In this document: one piece after another, positions 18,501 to 26,350 of the stretch
How positions within the stretch are numbered: the stretch's first letter is position 1
How the letters are laid out: each line of letters begins with the position of its first letter
Assembly (NCBI GenBank): GCA_043739185.1
Contig: JAYUEN010000431.1
Span: 1-32,455, forward strand
Reading direction: 5' to 3'
Length of the DNA: 32,455 bases
From: Bdellovibrionales bacterium
GTDB taxonomy: Bacteria > Bdellovibrionota > Bdellovibrionia > Bdellovibrionales > JAMPXM01
Made by a program: the position numbers and the translations under genes
Notes under the pieces: generated by a model
What the model was told of the DNA's origin: nothing
The model's input: the letters and a program-made list of their open reading frames with translations, nothing else
The model's database searches: none

Positions 18501-21354
18501 TATTCGTATCAATGATCTAAAAGATATTGCCATTATTCGTAAGCTATTGCGTTGCCAAGAATACTTAAGACTCAAGGGTTTGGTTTATGATTTTATAATA
18601 ATAAACGAACATCGCACTACTTATTTTCAAACTCTGCAAGACGAACTTCAGCAATTGATTCGCACCACGGGAAGTCAAATTTGGCAAAATAAATCTGGTG
18701 GCATTTATATTTTACGTCGAGATATAACTCCTGAAAAAGACATTGATCACATTCAAGCAGTCGCTCGAGTCTCGCTATCGGCTGATCTTCCACTCAATGA
18801 TCAAATTAGACGTCAAGTCATCAAAGAGCATTCGCCTGAGCCCTTGCCAACACTAAACAAAATTAATTTAGCGGCCAGTGCATTTGTAAAAGACCGTGTT
18901 TTTGCAAAAGTTGAGCGAAATGCAGAAGCTCTCTTGACCGCAAACGAACTTGATTTCTTCAATGGCTTCGGTGGTTTCAGTAAAGATGGAAGCAAATATA
19001 TTATTCAACTTCATTCACGGGAATGCACGCCCGCGCCATGGATCAATGTCATAGGCAACGAGCTTGGATTTGGCTTTCAAGTAAGTGAAAGTGGCTCTTC
19101 ATATACTTGGAATTTGAATAGTCAAACCAATCGCCTTACGCCTTGGTCTAATGATCCGGTGACCGATCCCTCTGGAGAAATCATCTATCTAAGAGATGAT
19201 GATACCGGAGAGATTTGGACCCCTACTCCCCAACCCATACGAAGTGATGCGCTTTATACAATTGAACACGGCCAAGGCTTTACTCACTTTAAACATATTG
19301 ATCACGGCATCGAACATTCTCTAATCCAGTTTGTTCCCCAAAAAGAATCCATCAAAATTTCACTTTTTAAAATTAAAAATTTGACGGTTCGTAAACGTCG
19401 CATATCGGTTTCAAGTTATACAGAATGGGTGCTTGGTTCAAGACGAGAAAAGACTTCTCCTTATTTGATTTGTGAACTAGACCGTGAAAGTGGAGCTATT
19501 TTTGCCAGCAACCCACATGATGATGAGTTTGCCTCAATGCTCTCATTTGCCGACTTCAGTAGCAAGGATCGGACATTCACTTGCAGTCGCAAAGAGTTTC
19601 TTGGTCGAAACGGCAACTATGCAAATCCCGCAGCACTTAAATTCAAAGGGCTGGGCCAAAAAAGAGGGACTGGCAATGATCCTTGCGCCGTCTTGCAAAC
19701 GTCTTTTGAACTAGATGCAAATGAGACCTATGAAATGACCATTTTGCTCGGGCAAAGCGAAAGCAGAGAGAAAGCTCGGGAATTGAGCCTGCGTTATCGC
19801 GATATCAAAAACGCAAAACTCGCACTTGATGGAATCACAGATTTCTGGAAGAAATTAATTAATGTGATCCAAGTCAAGACACCAGATCCTGCCACAAATA
19901 TTCTCATGAATAATTGGCTTTTGTATCAAACACTTTCTTGCAGGTATTGGTCGCGCACTGCACTTTATCAATCAGGCGGTGCCTATGGATTTCGAGATCA
20001 ACTTCAAGACTCAATGAGTTTTGTTTATGCGGCTCCCGAAATTACCAAAGAGCATATTATCAGATCCTGCGAGCATCAATTCAAAGAGGGTGATGTTCAA
20101 CACTGGTGGCATCCTCCAAGTGGCCGGGGCCTGCGAACTCGCATGTCGGATGATTTACTTTGGCTTCCCTTTGTCGTGAGTCACTACATTCAAGTCACCG
20201 GCGACAAAGCCATTTTGAATGAACGCGTTTCCTTTATAGAAGCTCCGCTATTAGTATCTGAAGAAGAAGATTCTTACTCCCGCCCTAATGTTTCAGTGGA
20301 GATGGCCACAGTTTTTGAACATTGTATACGGGCTATCAAACACTCGCTAAGTTTAGGTGAACATAATTTGCCTTTAATAGGCACCGGCGACTGGAACGAC
20401 GGCATGAACCGCGTGGGCTATCTTGGTAAAGGTGAAAGCATTTGGCTCGGATGGTTTCTTTACAAAGTCCTAGAAGATTTTGTCCCCCTTTGTAATCAGC
20501 CGGAGAATTTGGCTTTGAAAGAGCAATTTGTTTCTCATATGGCATTACTTAAATCAGCATTAGAAACTTCTGGCTGGGATGGCGATTGGTACAGACGCGC
20601 TTATTATGATAGTGGCGACCCACTTGGCTCCGCATCTAACGAAGAATGCAAAATAGATTCAATCGCACAATCATGGGCTGTTTTATCCAATTGTGCTGAA
20701 CCTAAGCGAGCTTCACGGGCCATGCAAAAAGTAGCTGATCTCCTCATCCATAAAAAATCTCAGCTCATCCTATTATTTACGCCTCCTTTTGACCGCACAA
20801 CCAAGGACCCTGGATATATAAAAGGTTATGTTCCGGGAGTTCGAGAAAACGGTGGCCAATACACACACGCTGCTATTTGGGTCGTAATGGCCTACGCCAA
20901 ACTTGGACTAGGAAATAAAAGTTTTGAAATCTTTCAAATGTTGAATCCAATTCAACACTCCAAAACCACTTCTTTGGCAAAAGAATACCGAATTGAACCC
21001 TATGTCATAGCGGCAGACATTTACTCTGGAACTAAACATGAAGGAAGAGGTGGCTGGAGTTGGTATACGGGATCGGCATCTTGGTATTATCGCGCGGGTC
21101 TTGAATCTATTCTCGGCTTTGATTTGCGAGGCAATATACTGAAGCTCCATCCCAATATTCCTTCGGACTGGAAGACCTATGAAATTAGTTATCTTCACGG
21201 CCAATCTCAGTATGTGATCTCAATCATGAATCCGATGTCATTGTGTAGTGGCAAGATGAAGTATAAATTGGATGGCAAAGAATTGCCGGGGCAAGAAGTA
21301 ATACTTTTAGACGATGGCAAGCAACATCATATCACAGCAAGCTTGAATGCTTAG
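12538..21354 (+). CDS. ndvB: Cyclic beta-1,2-glucan synthase (NdvB/ChvB/Cgs: GT84 + glucoamylase-like + GH94 phosphorylase domains)
   Basis: 2938 aa. GWERKRGK, ITLDADT, LSHDLFEG, RQHRWTRGDWQ, TM region, LPPDN..RTSPTNIG, STVDSGN, PWGVSE, QSGGAYGFRDQLQD, GDWNDGMN and RENGGQYTHAA. Confidence 0.95.
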   Translation: MILINQSNENAIKGEIYSVERLEEFAVYLAAQLDVGAKPKVAHSLLPRMRDNGIKLLESYRTLTDAVHKKQSIPPAAEWLTDNFHIIEDQLREIQEDLPPAFYNELPKISLGELSGYPRIYAIALALIAHTDSQLEPDTIRRFVLSYQKVSTLKIGELWALAITLRLVLVENLRRIAVQMVADYENTIFANNYVDRLIELVANKSKFQNLILKLPKYWRKSIHNDSAVMAQFAKRLRDQEPELFPALEALEKHLAKENSSIEHIVHLSHHIQASNQISVANIITSMRLLSSLNWRDFFESLSMVDRVLEKDPVYSKMDFLTRDRYRHVIEKLSKKTQSSEIEISEKLIQIISDVEVKSPEDSRKSHIGYYLIGQGAKKLHLDLAYQNRLLYFAQAHPNLIYFGLMGILLGFFCAAPLVYSVLHGASLALLFGISLLILIPCSDLALTFSNFILTHAIRPKNLPKLDFSSGIPETARTMVVIPCMLSNPKVVLELVEKIEIHFLGNSDNQLLFALLTDFTDADTEIFSTDDDLVRLATESLELLNQKYKGAKAKRFFLFHRRRQWNESENAWMGWERKRGKIHEFNRLLRGNKNTSFTMVTAPRELLQSVRFVITLDADTQLPRDTARKMVGTIMHPLNQAKFDQNLGRVVDGYGVLQPRIGISLESSGRSAFAKLFSGNTGIDPYTTAVSDVYQDLYHEGSYTGKGLYDVDAFEAALNNRIPENSILSHDLFEGLFARTALLTDVELIDDYPQSYHSYFTRQHRWTRGDWQISSWILPFVRNQKNAWVRNRLPLISRWKIFDNLRRSFVSLALFLWLVLAWSSLPGSPLFWTASALFIIVSPGLFHAIYESFLCLFKQNQSRFLLARFNIKTSLLQCFLRIVFLAHQAIIHLDALIRVLYRKNISKLKLLEWAPAAHMESQKFSLNLPFWQSCWPTEGALLACALFTLIVKPPRQLMPALILLALYLLWFSHPAVAFWISRKSIRRKEILKPEAKIIYRQIARRTWHYFESFVGSSDNWLPPDNHQEFPQALTAHRTSPTNIGLYLLSALSAYDMGFVSSIKFIKLLNATLESMKKLEMHEGHYYNWYDTQSLQTLHPKYVSTVDSGNLAGYLLVTREACLKFSKYFVVDQKVFSGLRDLLLIAEGELKASGLFSSEMNAHFSQCYQLLSSSEVENNLDWAIVLDELALSFENISDLILKITSSPADFDIKKTLVWIEAAGLQLKETKNDLKMVAPWANSSRLGFTSQIASYSEVLSSRWEKLVRVSIQNCQFSEISKIHEHILKELKEIRDQISQKNDQSINQVSGHLTLGRELTNELSLLIDATLAGKAFVLGLLSEAEEAAQFLEQQFGSMNFSFLLDKLRGVFSIGYNVTEGKFDSGLYDLLGSESRLASFLAIAKGDATQEHWFLLGRQLVPVSGGRALISWTASMFEYLMPNLIMRNYENTLLNESIHSVVSRQIQYGNENRVPWGVSEAGYNARDLQFNYQYGPFGIPGLGLKRGLSQDLVISPYSTILAAQIRPIAAYDNLKVLIENKLLREYGFYESIDYTSERLPENQKFAVVKSFMAHHQGMSLVSINNMLHDNIMHDRFHSDTRVMATRLLLQERIPQGITPVLPKAAEIELESEPLATTSSFVRHYTDPSGAAPKIQLLSNRNYSIMISTAGGGYSKCNDLAVTRWKEDPTRDNYGSYIFIKDSVQDKLWSSTYQPLAELPEFYQVSFGEEKVEFRRRDGDISSHTQILVAPEDNVEIRHLTLTNHSSEARTLELTSYLEPVLGPPANDLDHPAFSKLFIQTEFLFSKNAILAGRRKRSSNDKDIWGLHVVVTDGDLLADIEYETDRMKFIGRGRTLSSALALFEEKSLSNTCGATLDPILSLRVKVQVPANGKLQVAFTTGLAPSHEKALELADRYHDIHAFERECKIAWTKSQVDMRHLNIDSAAAHLYQRLAERILYSESTLRPPAHKRAVHTNVQSSLWPSGISGDLPIVAIRINDLKDIAIIRKLLRCQEYLRLKGLVYDFIIINEHRTTYFQTLQDELQQLIRTTGSQIWQNKSGGIYILRRDITPEKDIDHIQAVARVSLSADLPLNDQIRRQVIKEHSPEPLPTLNKINLAASAFVKDRVFAKVERNAEALLTANELDFFNGFGGFSKDGSKYIIQLHSRECTPAPWINVIGNELGFGFQVSESGSSYTWNLNSQTNRLTPWSNDPVTDPSGEIIYLRDDDTGEIWTPTPQPIRSDALYTIEHGQGFTHFKHIDHGIEHSLIQFVPQKESIKISLFKIKNLTVRKRRISVSSYTEWVLGSRREKTSPYLICELDRESGAIFASNPHDDEFASMLSFADFSSKDRTFTCSRKEFLGRNGNYANPAALKFKGLGQKRGTGNDPCAVLQTSFELDANETYEMTILLGQSESREKARELSLRYRDIKNAKLALDGITDFWKKLINVIQVKTPDPATNILMNNWLLYQTLSCRYWSRTALYQSGGAYGFRDQLQDSMSFVYAAPEITKEHIIRSCEHQFKEGDVQHWWHPPSGRGLRTRMSDDLLWLPFVVSHYIQVTGDKAILNERVSFIEAPLLVSEEEDSYSRPNVSVEMATVFEHCIRAIKHSLSLGEHNLPLIGTGDWNDGMNRVGYLGKGESIWLGWFLYKVLEDFVPLCNQPENLALKEQFVSHMALLKSALETSGWDGDWYRRAYYDSGDPLGSASNEECKIDSIAQSWAVLSNCAEPKRASRAMQKVADLLIHKKSQLILLFTPPFDRTTKDPGYIKGYVPGVRENGGQYTHAAIWVVMAYAKLGLGNKSFEIFQMLNPIQHSKTTSLAKEYRIEPYVIAADIYSGTKHEGRGGWSWYTGSASWYYRAGLESILGFDLRGNILKLHPNIPSDWKTYEISYLHGQSQYVISIMNPMSLCSGKMKYKLDGKELPGQEVILLDDGKQHHITASLNA

Positions 21355-21532
21355 GATCAGATACCATGGCTTCACTTTTGAAATTACCAATTAAGGCCTT
21401 AAAGTTCTGACCAAAGGATACTTTATTAATCTGTAAGTAGGCGTCTTCGGACGAGTCGAATTGAATGCGAGTAGCAGTTTGAGTTTTTATAACACTCTCA
21501 ATTTTTTTAAAAAACTCACTTTTCTTTTTCAT
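21332..21532 (-). CDS. Possible small hypothetical protein (66 aa) overlapping the 3' end of ndvB
   Basis: AGAGGG RBS-like sequence before ATG, and downstream of a minus-strand sigma-54 site. No recognisable motif. Confidence 0.35.
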   Translation of the reverse strand: MKKKSEFFKKIESVIKTQTATRIQFDSSEDAYLQINKVSFGQNFKALIGNFKSEAMVSDPKHSSLL

Positions 21533-21802
21533 AATTTTTGCCCTCTGCTCTTTCTGCTCATATTTCGTTTAAGATCCTATCACATTTCAACTTCAGATTC
21601 TTTAATTTCCCATTTTCTAACAAATGATTGACTCACAAAATTGTTAACAATATTTTTCTCACCAAATGCCCCTGCAACCAACTGAGATGAAATTGCGAAC
21701 GAGGCCTAGGCTGAAATTTGAGAATCAGAAGTAAAAATTTCAACGAAAAGTCTCTGTTTCGAAAAATCTTTAAGACTGCAATGCAGGCTGTTCCCATCTA
21801 CC

Positions 21803-21818
21803 TGCAAAGCACTCGCCA
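21803..21818 (-). promoter_or_regulatory. Predicted sigma-54 promoter TGGCGAGTGCTTTGCA with no obvious adjacent gene
   Basis: TGGC-N7-TTGCA, divergent from the 21942 site. Confidence 0.6.
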
Positions 21819-21941
21819 CAGCTCAATTGCATGAGCCGCGCTCCCATCAATTTCAATCAGGCACAATGACTCAAAGCCAAGAAAAAAAAAGGCCTTTTGC
21901 TACAAATAGCACTTTCACTTCTATTCAGCAGAGTGATGAGC

Positions 21942-21957
21942 TGGGCAGCTAATTGCA
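21942..21957 (+). promoter_or_regulatory. Predicted sigma-54 promoter TGGGCAGCTAATTGCA
   Basis: TGG-N10-GC with TTGCA, 73 nt before ATG 22030. The -24 half deviates from consensus (TGGG). Confidence 0.55.
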
Positions 21958-22029
21958 CTTTGATATTTTGAAATTTATCCGCCAGAAAATAAGTGATCCA
22001 AATTAGCACTGACCCATTAAGGAGAAAAA

Positions 22030-22689
22030 ATGAAAAAATCAAAACTCTCGGCAGCCTTCAATTCAAGTTTAATACTCGTTTCTCTATTCATGTTTGCATG
22101 CACCAAAGATACTGCTGCTGATATTGATGAGGAAAGCAAAAATAAAATCACCGCTAGTGGGAATCCGGCTTTGCAAAATGCCACTTATGCGGCTCCCTGT
22201 GGCACCTCGAATCTCGCTCATATAGGATCGATTCCTCTCTTAGCAAGTCAAACCTATGTCGAAATGGGAAGCCTAAATTTCAACAAACGCCAGGTTTATT
22301 TTACAGATGCCGATTGCAAAACTATGGCCTTTCAAATTCAAGAAAGAGGACGCATTCACGTCGCAGGCAAATCAGCCGTGGTTGCAAATGCACTCGACGA
22401 AGATTTTAATTATGAAAGCATAACTCTAATGGTTCATGACGAACTTGTTATGAATGCCTTCAATCAAGTTAGTTTATGCGGAATCAATAATTGGACCAAG
22501 GGCACCGAAAGAGATCTTGGGGTTCAAGCCTCTGTCGGTATTTGCCCCGGTCAAGTTTCTCACCGTAAAACAATCGAAATTGTACTTGTTGAAAACAATC
22601 AACTCTATTTTGGAGCCGACGATAATCCGGACAATGCCCACAAGCGACCTACACAAGTGAATCGCTCTAGACCATTTTCTAAAAAGTAG
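22030..22689 (+). CDS. Cys-containing hypothetical lipoprotein
   Basis: AAGGAG RBS, basic N-terminus, hydrophobic stretch, lipobox-like MFAC, four further Cys. Confidence 0.75.
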   Translation: MKKSKLSAAFNSSLILVSLFMFACTKDTAADIDEESKNKITASGNPALQNATYAAPCGTSNLAHIGSIPLLASQTYVEMGSLNFNKRQVYFTDADCKTMAFQIQERGRIHVAGKSAVVANALDEDFNYESITLMVHDELVMNAFNQVSLCGINNWTKGTERDLGVQASVGICPGQVSHRKTIEIVLVENNQLYFGADDNPDNAHKRPTQVNRSRPFSKK

Positions 22690-22702
22690 AAATGAGAGAA
22701 AA

Positions 22703-23071
22703 ATGAATTTGGAAATGGGATCAATTTCGAATAGAGCAAATCCAAAAGCGCATCGCTTATCCTATCAAGTTAAGCGTTGTGGATACCTCTTTACCTGGTT
22801 GTTAGTGAATATGACTTTGGCATCCTTGAGCTTTGCTTTGGCCAATGAAGGTAAACCTGAATCTAAGTTAAATAAAACAGTTGAAACCGGAAACAATTTT
22901 AAAAAAAATAGCAAAAAAGTAGCTCAAGGCACAAAAGAGTCTCGATGTGCCAAAGACGCAACAAAATGCCTTTCACAAAAATCCAAACGCCAAATGAGTG
23001 AAGGCCGAGTTGAACTTGACGAGAAAGCTACTGACCACCAGAACACTAAGTTACAAAGAAGAACCAACTAA
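22703..23071 (+). CDS. Small Lys-rich exported protein with C-x6-C
   Basis: Hydrophobic segment ending in FALA, followed by a highly charged K/E-rich domain. Start uncertain. Confidence 0.6.
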   Translation: MNLEMGSISNRANPKAHRLSYQVKRCGYLFTWLLVNMTLASLSFALANEGKPESKLNKTVETGNNFKKNSKKVAQGTKESRCAKDATKCLSQKSKRQMSEGRVELDEKATDHQNTKLQRRTN

Positions 23072-23169
23072 TATATAAGAAATCAAAAGCTGTTTTGCCT
23101 TAAAAAGCTTGGTTTAAACTAGACCAAAACTCTGTAGACATATCCGGAATAAGACGCAAACATTTTAAC

Positions 23170-24399
23170 TTGCGCAACTCCACTCCTATTTTATTGGTAA
23201 TATTTCTTTGCACTTACTTTTCTTCAAGTTCTGCCTTCGCAAAACTTTTCTGTGCACCATTCAAAGTTCATCTTTTCGCAAGTCTGCCCCCACCTCCGGT
23301 GATTATAATTCCCGAAATTTTGCCAAACAATTGGGAAAGTCAGATTCCGTTGCAAATTGGCCAATTTAAAACTCAAGAGGACTTTCCGAAGCTTTACCAA
23401 GCTTGGTTGATTCGTCATCCAAATGAACTCTTAGATAAAGAGCGTTTCGCATGGCTGAATTGCCTGGCATACTATGTGAAGATAGATACCAATAAAAACG
23501 GAATTCCCGACTGGACGGCAATTGTTGACAATGAACCCGCTCGCGTTTTATTTCCTCAAGATCCCGATTTAGATGGCGTTGGCAGCCCCAAGGTTTTAGA
23601 TCCTTCTCCGGACTATGCCAATATTAAATCGAGTAATTCAAAACTTAAAATTCCAAATCACCTTAAATTGAATATAAGAAATAATCCTGCGGCCTATAGA
23701 GTGCAAAAAAAGCTTTTCTCAGAATTTGGCATAATCGCCATTGATCACACCGATACTCATTCTTCGGTAGTACTATTAGAACTTTTAAAGCTACTCGAAT
23801 CTGCCTTTCCAAAAGATCTCGTCTCAAAGATGAAGGGCCTGCGCTATATTTATGCCTTCTTAAGTCATGACCCATTCAATAATATTGCTTCATATCACAG
23901 AGAGGCGAATGCCATTAGCATTGGCGGCAAGCACTCGTATGCAGAGCACCGCTTGTCGCCACAAGAAAGAGTTGATTTAGTTGCAGCCCTTGCCCACGAA
24001 ATTGCACATGCGTATTTATTTGAAAATTTAACAGCATTGAAACTCGCACAATTGGCAGAAAAATTTGGCGGTTGGAGTGATTTGCAAACTTCGGATATTA
24101 CGAACTTTTATTCACAGATATTTTTCACACCAGCGCCGCAGCAAAAGCTAGAATTTAATAATAAGTACAAGAGAGCAAATATTATATCGGAGTACGCTCT
24201 TAGCAATATTCACGAGTGGTTTGCCGATTCCTTTGCTGCCGTCATATTAATTAATTTAGGCTCAGCTTCGTATTTTGGCACAATCGACTGGCAAAGGCTC
24301 CTAGTGAAGTCGCCACAAAAACATACAGAATACTGGAGCGATTATAATCAAGTTCCAATCGGATTTCGACTTTGGCTAAACGCCAGGCTATTTAATTAA
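23170..24399 (+). CDS. Secreted zinc metallopeptidase-like protein (HExxH; ATLF/lethal-factor-like third ligand)
   Basis: Signal peptide ending AFA. LAHEIAHAY and SEYALSNIHEWFADSF. DTNKNGIPD and DPDLDG Ca-binding-type loops. Confidence 0.7.
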   Translation: MRNSTPILLVIFLCTYFSSSSAFAKLFCAPFKVHLFASLPPPPVIIIPEILPNNWESQIPLQIGQFKTQEDFPKLYQAWLIRHPNELLDKERFAWLNCLAYYVKIDTNKNGIPDWTAIVDNEPARVLFPQDPDLDGVGSPKVLDPSPDYANIKSSNSKLKIPNHLKLNIRNNPAAYRVQKKLFSEFGIIAIDHTDTHSSVVLLELLKLLESAFPKDLVSKMKGLRYIYAFLSHDPFNNIASYHREANAISIGGKHSYAEHRLSPQERVDLVAALAHEIAHAYLFENLTALKLAQLAEKFGGWSDLQTSDITNFYSQIFFTPAPQQKLEFNNKYKRANIISEYALSNIHEWFADSFAAVILINLGSASYFGTIDWQRLLVKSPQKHTEYWSDYNQVPIGFRLWLNARLFN

Positions 24400-24437
24400 G
24401 GACAGAAAAAGAGACCGCGACGAATCTTTTTCCGTCC
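24400..24437. terminator. Hairpin between convergent genes
   Basis: GGACAGAAAAAGA...TCTTTTTCCGTCC imperfect inverted repeat filling the gap between two stop codons. Confidence 0.5.
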
Positions 24438-24445
24438 AATGAAAT

Positions 24446-25015
24446 CTATTTTTTTCTAACGACAACTACTACAGCCATAGACTCAGCTCCATCCCGAGCA
24501 ATGGTATTGAAGTCTTCTCTTGCCATCGGTAGACTGGCATCCTTACTAAAAACCGATTTGATTTCTGCATCGTCAGTCCTAAAGGTCTTTGCCAACCAAT
24601 TTGAGGCATCCGCCATATTATAGGCCTTAATACTCGGTGAATTCATATAGGCTTTAAGAAATTCTTTGACCTTCTCGATCCTAGCGTTTGCCAAGTCCTG
24701 ATCTGATTTTGGCAAGCTCTTTCCGGTTCTGGGAAATGCCTTGTCGGACCAAACCGCCAATTCAATTTTATCAATATCATCAGCACCTACATTATTAACA
24801 ACCTCTTGAAGCTTGGTCTGCTCTCCAGCCCTCAATTGCGAGCTCCCAATTGCAAAAGCAACTACGACGCTGCGACCATAGTGGTGACTATCGACCTCAG
24901 CATCAGAATTTGCGGCACTCCTATTCATTGGTACATCATGCGCACAAGCGGCAGATAAGATACAAAATGAAAATGCCCAAAGACACAATGGTAACTTTTT
25001 ACTAATGTAATTCAC
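24446..25015 (-). CDS. Lipoprotein with a degenerate OmpA-C-like fold
   Basis: GTG start after AAGGAG, lipobox SAAC. FAIGSSQL...WSD...DLANARIEKVKEFL resembles an OmpA-C domain. Confidence 0.6.
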   Translation of the reverse strand: MNYISKKLPLCLWAFSFCILSAACAHDVPMNRSAANSDAEVDSHHYGRSVVVAFAIGSSQLRAGEQTKLQEVVNNVGADDIDKIELAVWSDKAFPRTGKSLPKSDQDLANARIEKVKEFLKAYMNSPSIKAYNMADASNWLAKTFRTDDAEIKSVFSKDASLPMAREDFNTIARDGAESMAVVVVVRKK

Positions 25016-25099
25016 AGTAATCTCCTTGTTTTTTAGTTTCATATTTAATTTCTATACCAGGAAAATTCCTGATATTTCATGAGAACGAAATTTCGGTCT

Positions 25100-25130
25100 G
25101 TACGAGCGGCACAATGAATGCCGCTCGTAC
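25100..25130. other. Perfect 12-bp hairpin GTACGAGCGGCA-N7-TGCCGCTCGTAC
   Basis: Seen directly, just downstream of the SYLF gene. No U-tract on the transcribed (minus) strand. Confidence 0.7.
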
Positions 25131-25144
25131 TTTGATCAAATGTC

Positions 25145-25834
25145 TCAATGTGCATAGTTTGAAAGTGCTTCATTATATGGACGAAGCATTGCGGGCATAA
25201 GAATATAATCCGTATTGTGCTCCAACAGATCTGTAGCGCTTAGTTTCGATCCATAAACCATAATATTTGTCTTGGTATCAACGCTGATGATCGAGCCATC
25301 TAGGGTGAGACCAGCAAATAAACCACGGCTTCTTGAATAACTATAGATTTCGCTACTGAGAGTTAAATCAGTACTCGCCTGAGCTTCCCTGCCCACAGGC
25401 CCTGCGGCAATTGAAACATCACCACCGAGAGTAAATTTGCCCTTTGACATCTTTACTGCAGCTTCTGATTTGACAAAAACTAAAACCAAGTCAACGGACT
25501 CTACCCCAATCTGAAATCCCCAGCTACCGCCAGCGATTGTTATGAAAGAAGGTTGACTCCATCGCCCACTTACTCGACACGAAACCAATCCCTGCCCATA
25601 TTGCCCGCCAAAAATGAATCCGGCCTTAATTACATTAGGAATGGTGGCAATACATGTCGCTTTATTCATTAGGTTGTGCGGAATTCCTCCATCTGAAATT
25701 TCAGAAATTTCCCGAAGCACACTTGCCGAGACATTTACTTTGTCTACTAGATCTGGCATGGTCTCTGCAGTCGCAAATGAAGAAATTGTCATCATGACCG
25801 CGCCGGTCAAAAGTGTTTTAAAAGTATTTCTCAT
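25145..25834 (-). CDS. Ysc84/SYLF lipid-binding domain exported protein
   Basis: Signal peptide. KAGFIFGGQYGQG, WSQPSF, GFQIG, AAGPVGR and YSRSRGLFAG. Confidence 0.92.
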   Translation of the reverse strand: MRNTFKTLLTGAVMMTISSFATAETMPDLVDKVNVSASVLREISEISDGGIPHNLMNKATCIATIPNVIKAGFIFGGQYGQGLVSCRVSGRWSQPSFITIAGGSWGFQIGVESVDLVLVFVKSEAAVKMSKGKFTLGGDVSIAAGPVGREAQASTDLTLSSEIYSYSRSRGLFAGLTLDGSIISVDTKTNIMVYGSKLSATDLLEHNTDYILMPAMLRPYNEALSNYAH

Positions 25835-25874
25835 TTTGTACCTCTATTCGATTTGTTAAAACCATTCGCATAAT

Positions 25875-26075
25875 TTAATTGCGAGTTTCTGATCGGTTTT
25901 GTTCTTTGGGCTTACGCTCCTGAGACTGAGACATATCTTTCTCATTAGTTTTTTGTTTGTTGGGATCATCTGCTTTTTTTGCATTAGGCGAAAATGAAGG
26001 CGCGACCTTCTTGCCCCCGTTTTCCTGATGATTAGCAGACTTCTTCTCTTCTTTTTGAAACTTTTTGTTATCCAT
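25875..26075 (-). CDS. Small highly hydrophilic (hydrophilin-like) protein
   Basis: AAAGGAG RBS. 66 aa, rich in K/E/N/Q/S and almost devoid of hydrophobic residues. Confidence 0.75.
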   Translation of the reverse strand: MDNKKFQKEEKKSANHQENGGKKVAPSFSPNAKKADDPNKQKTNEKDMSQSQERKPKEQNRSETRN

Positions 26076-26129
26076 TTGAATTCTCCTTTGTAATTTTTTT
26101 TAACTCTTTACCTGTCGCATTTCATTGAT

Positions 26130-26145
26130 AGCGAAATCCTTGCCA
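26130..26145 (-). promoter_or_regulatory. Predicted sigma-54 promoter TGGCAAGGATTTCGCT
   Basis: TGGCA, GG-N10-GC, 55 nt before ATG 26075. Confidence 0.72.
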
Positions 26146-26286
26146 AGTTTTGGCGACGAGGAAATCAACCAAACTAGCTACTTACAGAGTTGCGCAATTT
26201 TTTGAAACGACTTTTTGACCCAAACATGATCTGCCAGTTCATTTCCTGCCCATCGCTCAAAGGGCTTCAACCAAAATATTATTTTT

Positions 26287-26302
26287 TGGTCAAGACTTTG
26301 CA
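26287..26302 (+). promoter_or_regulatory. Predicted sigma-54 promoter TGGTCAAGACTTTGCA (divergent partner of the 26130 site)
   Basis: TGG-N10-GC with TTGCA, 49 nt before ATG 26351. Confidence 0.68.
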
Positions 26303-26350
26303 GTAAAGTTCCTTGTCTCAAACATTAATCTAATTCGAGCCTTTAATTTT

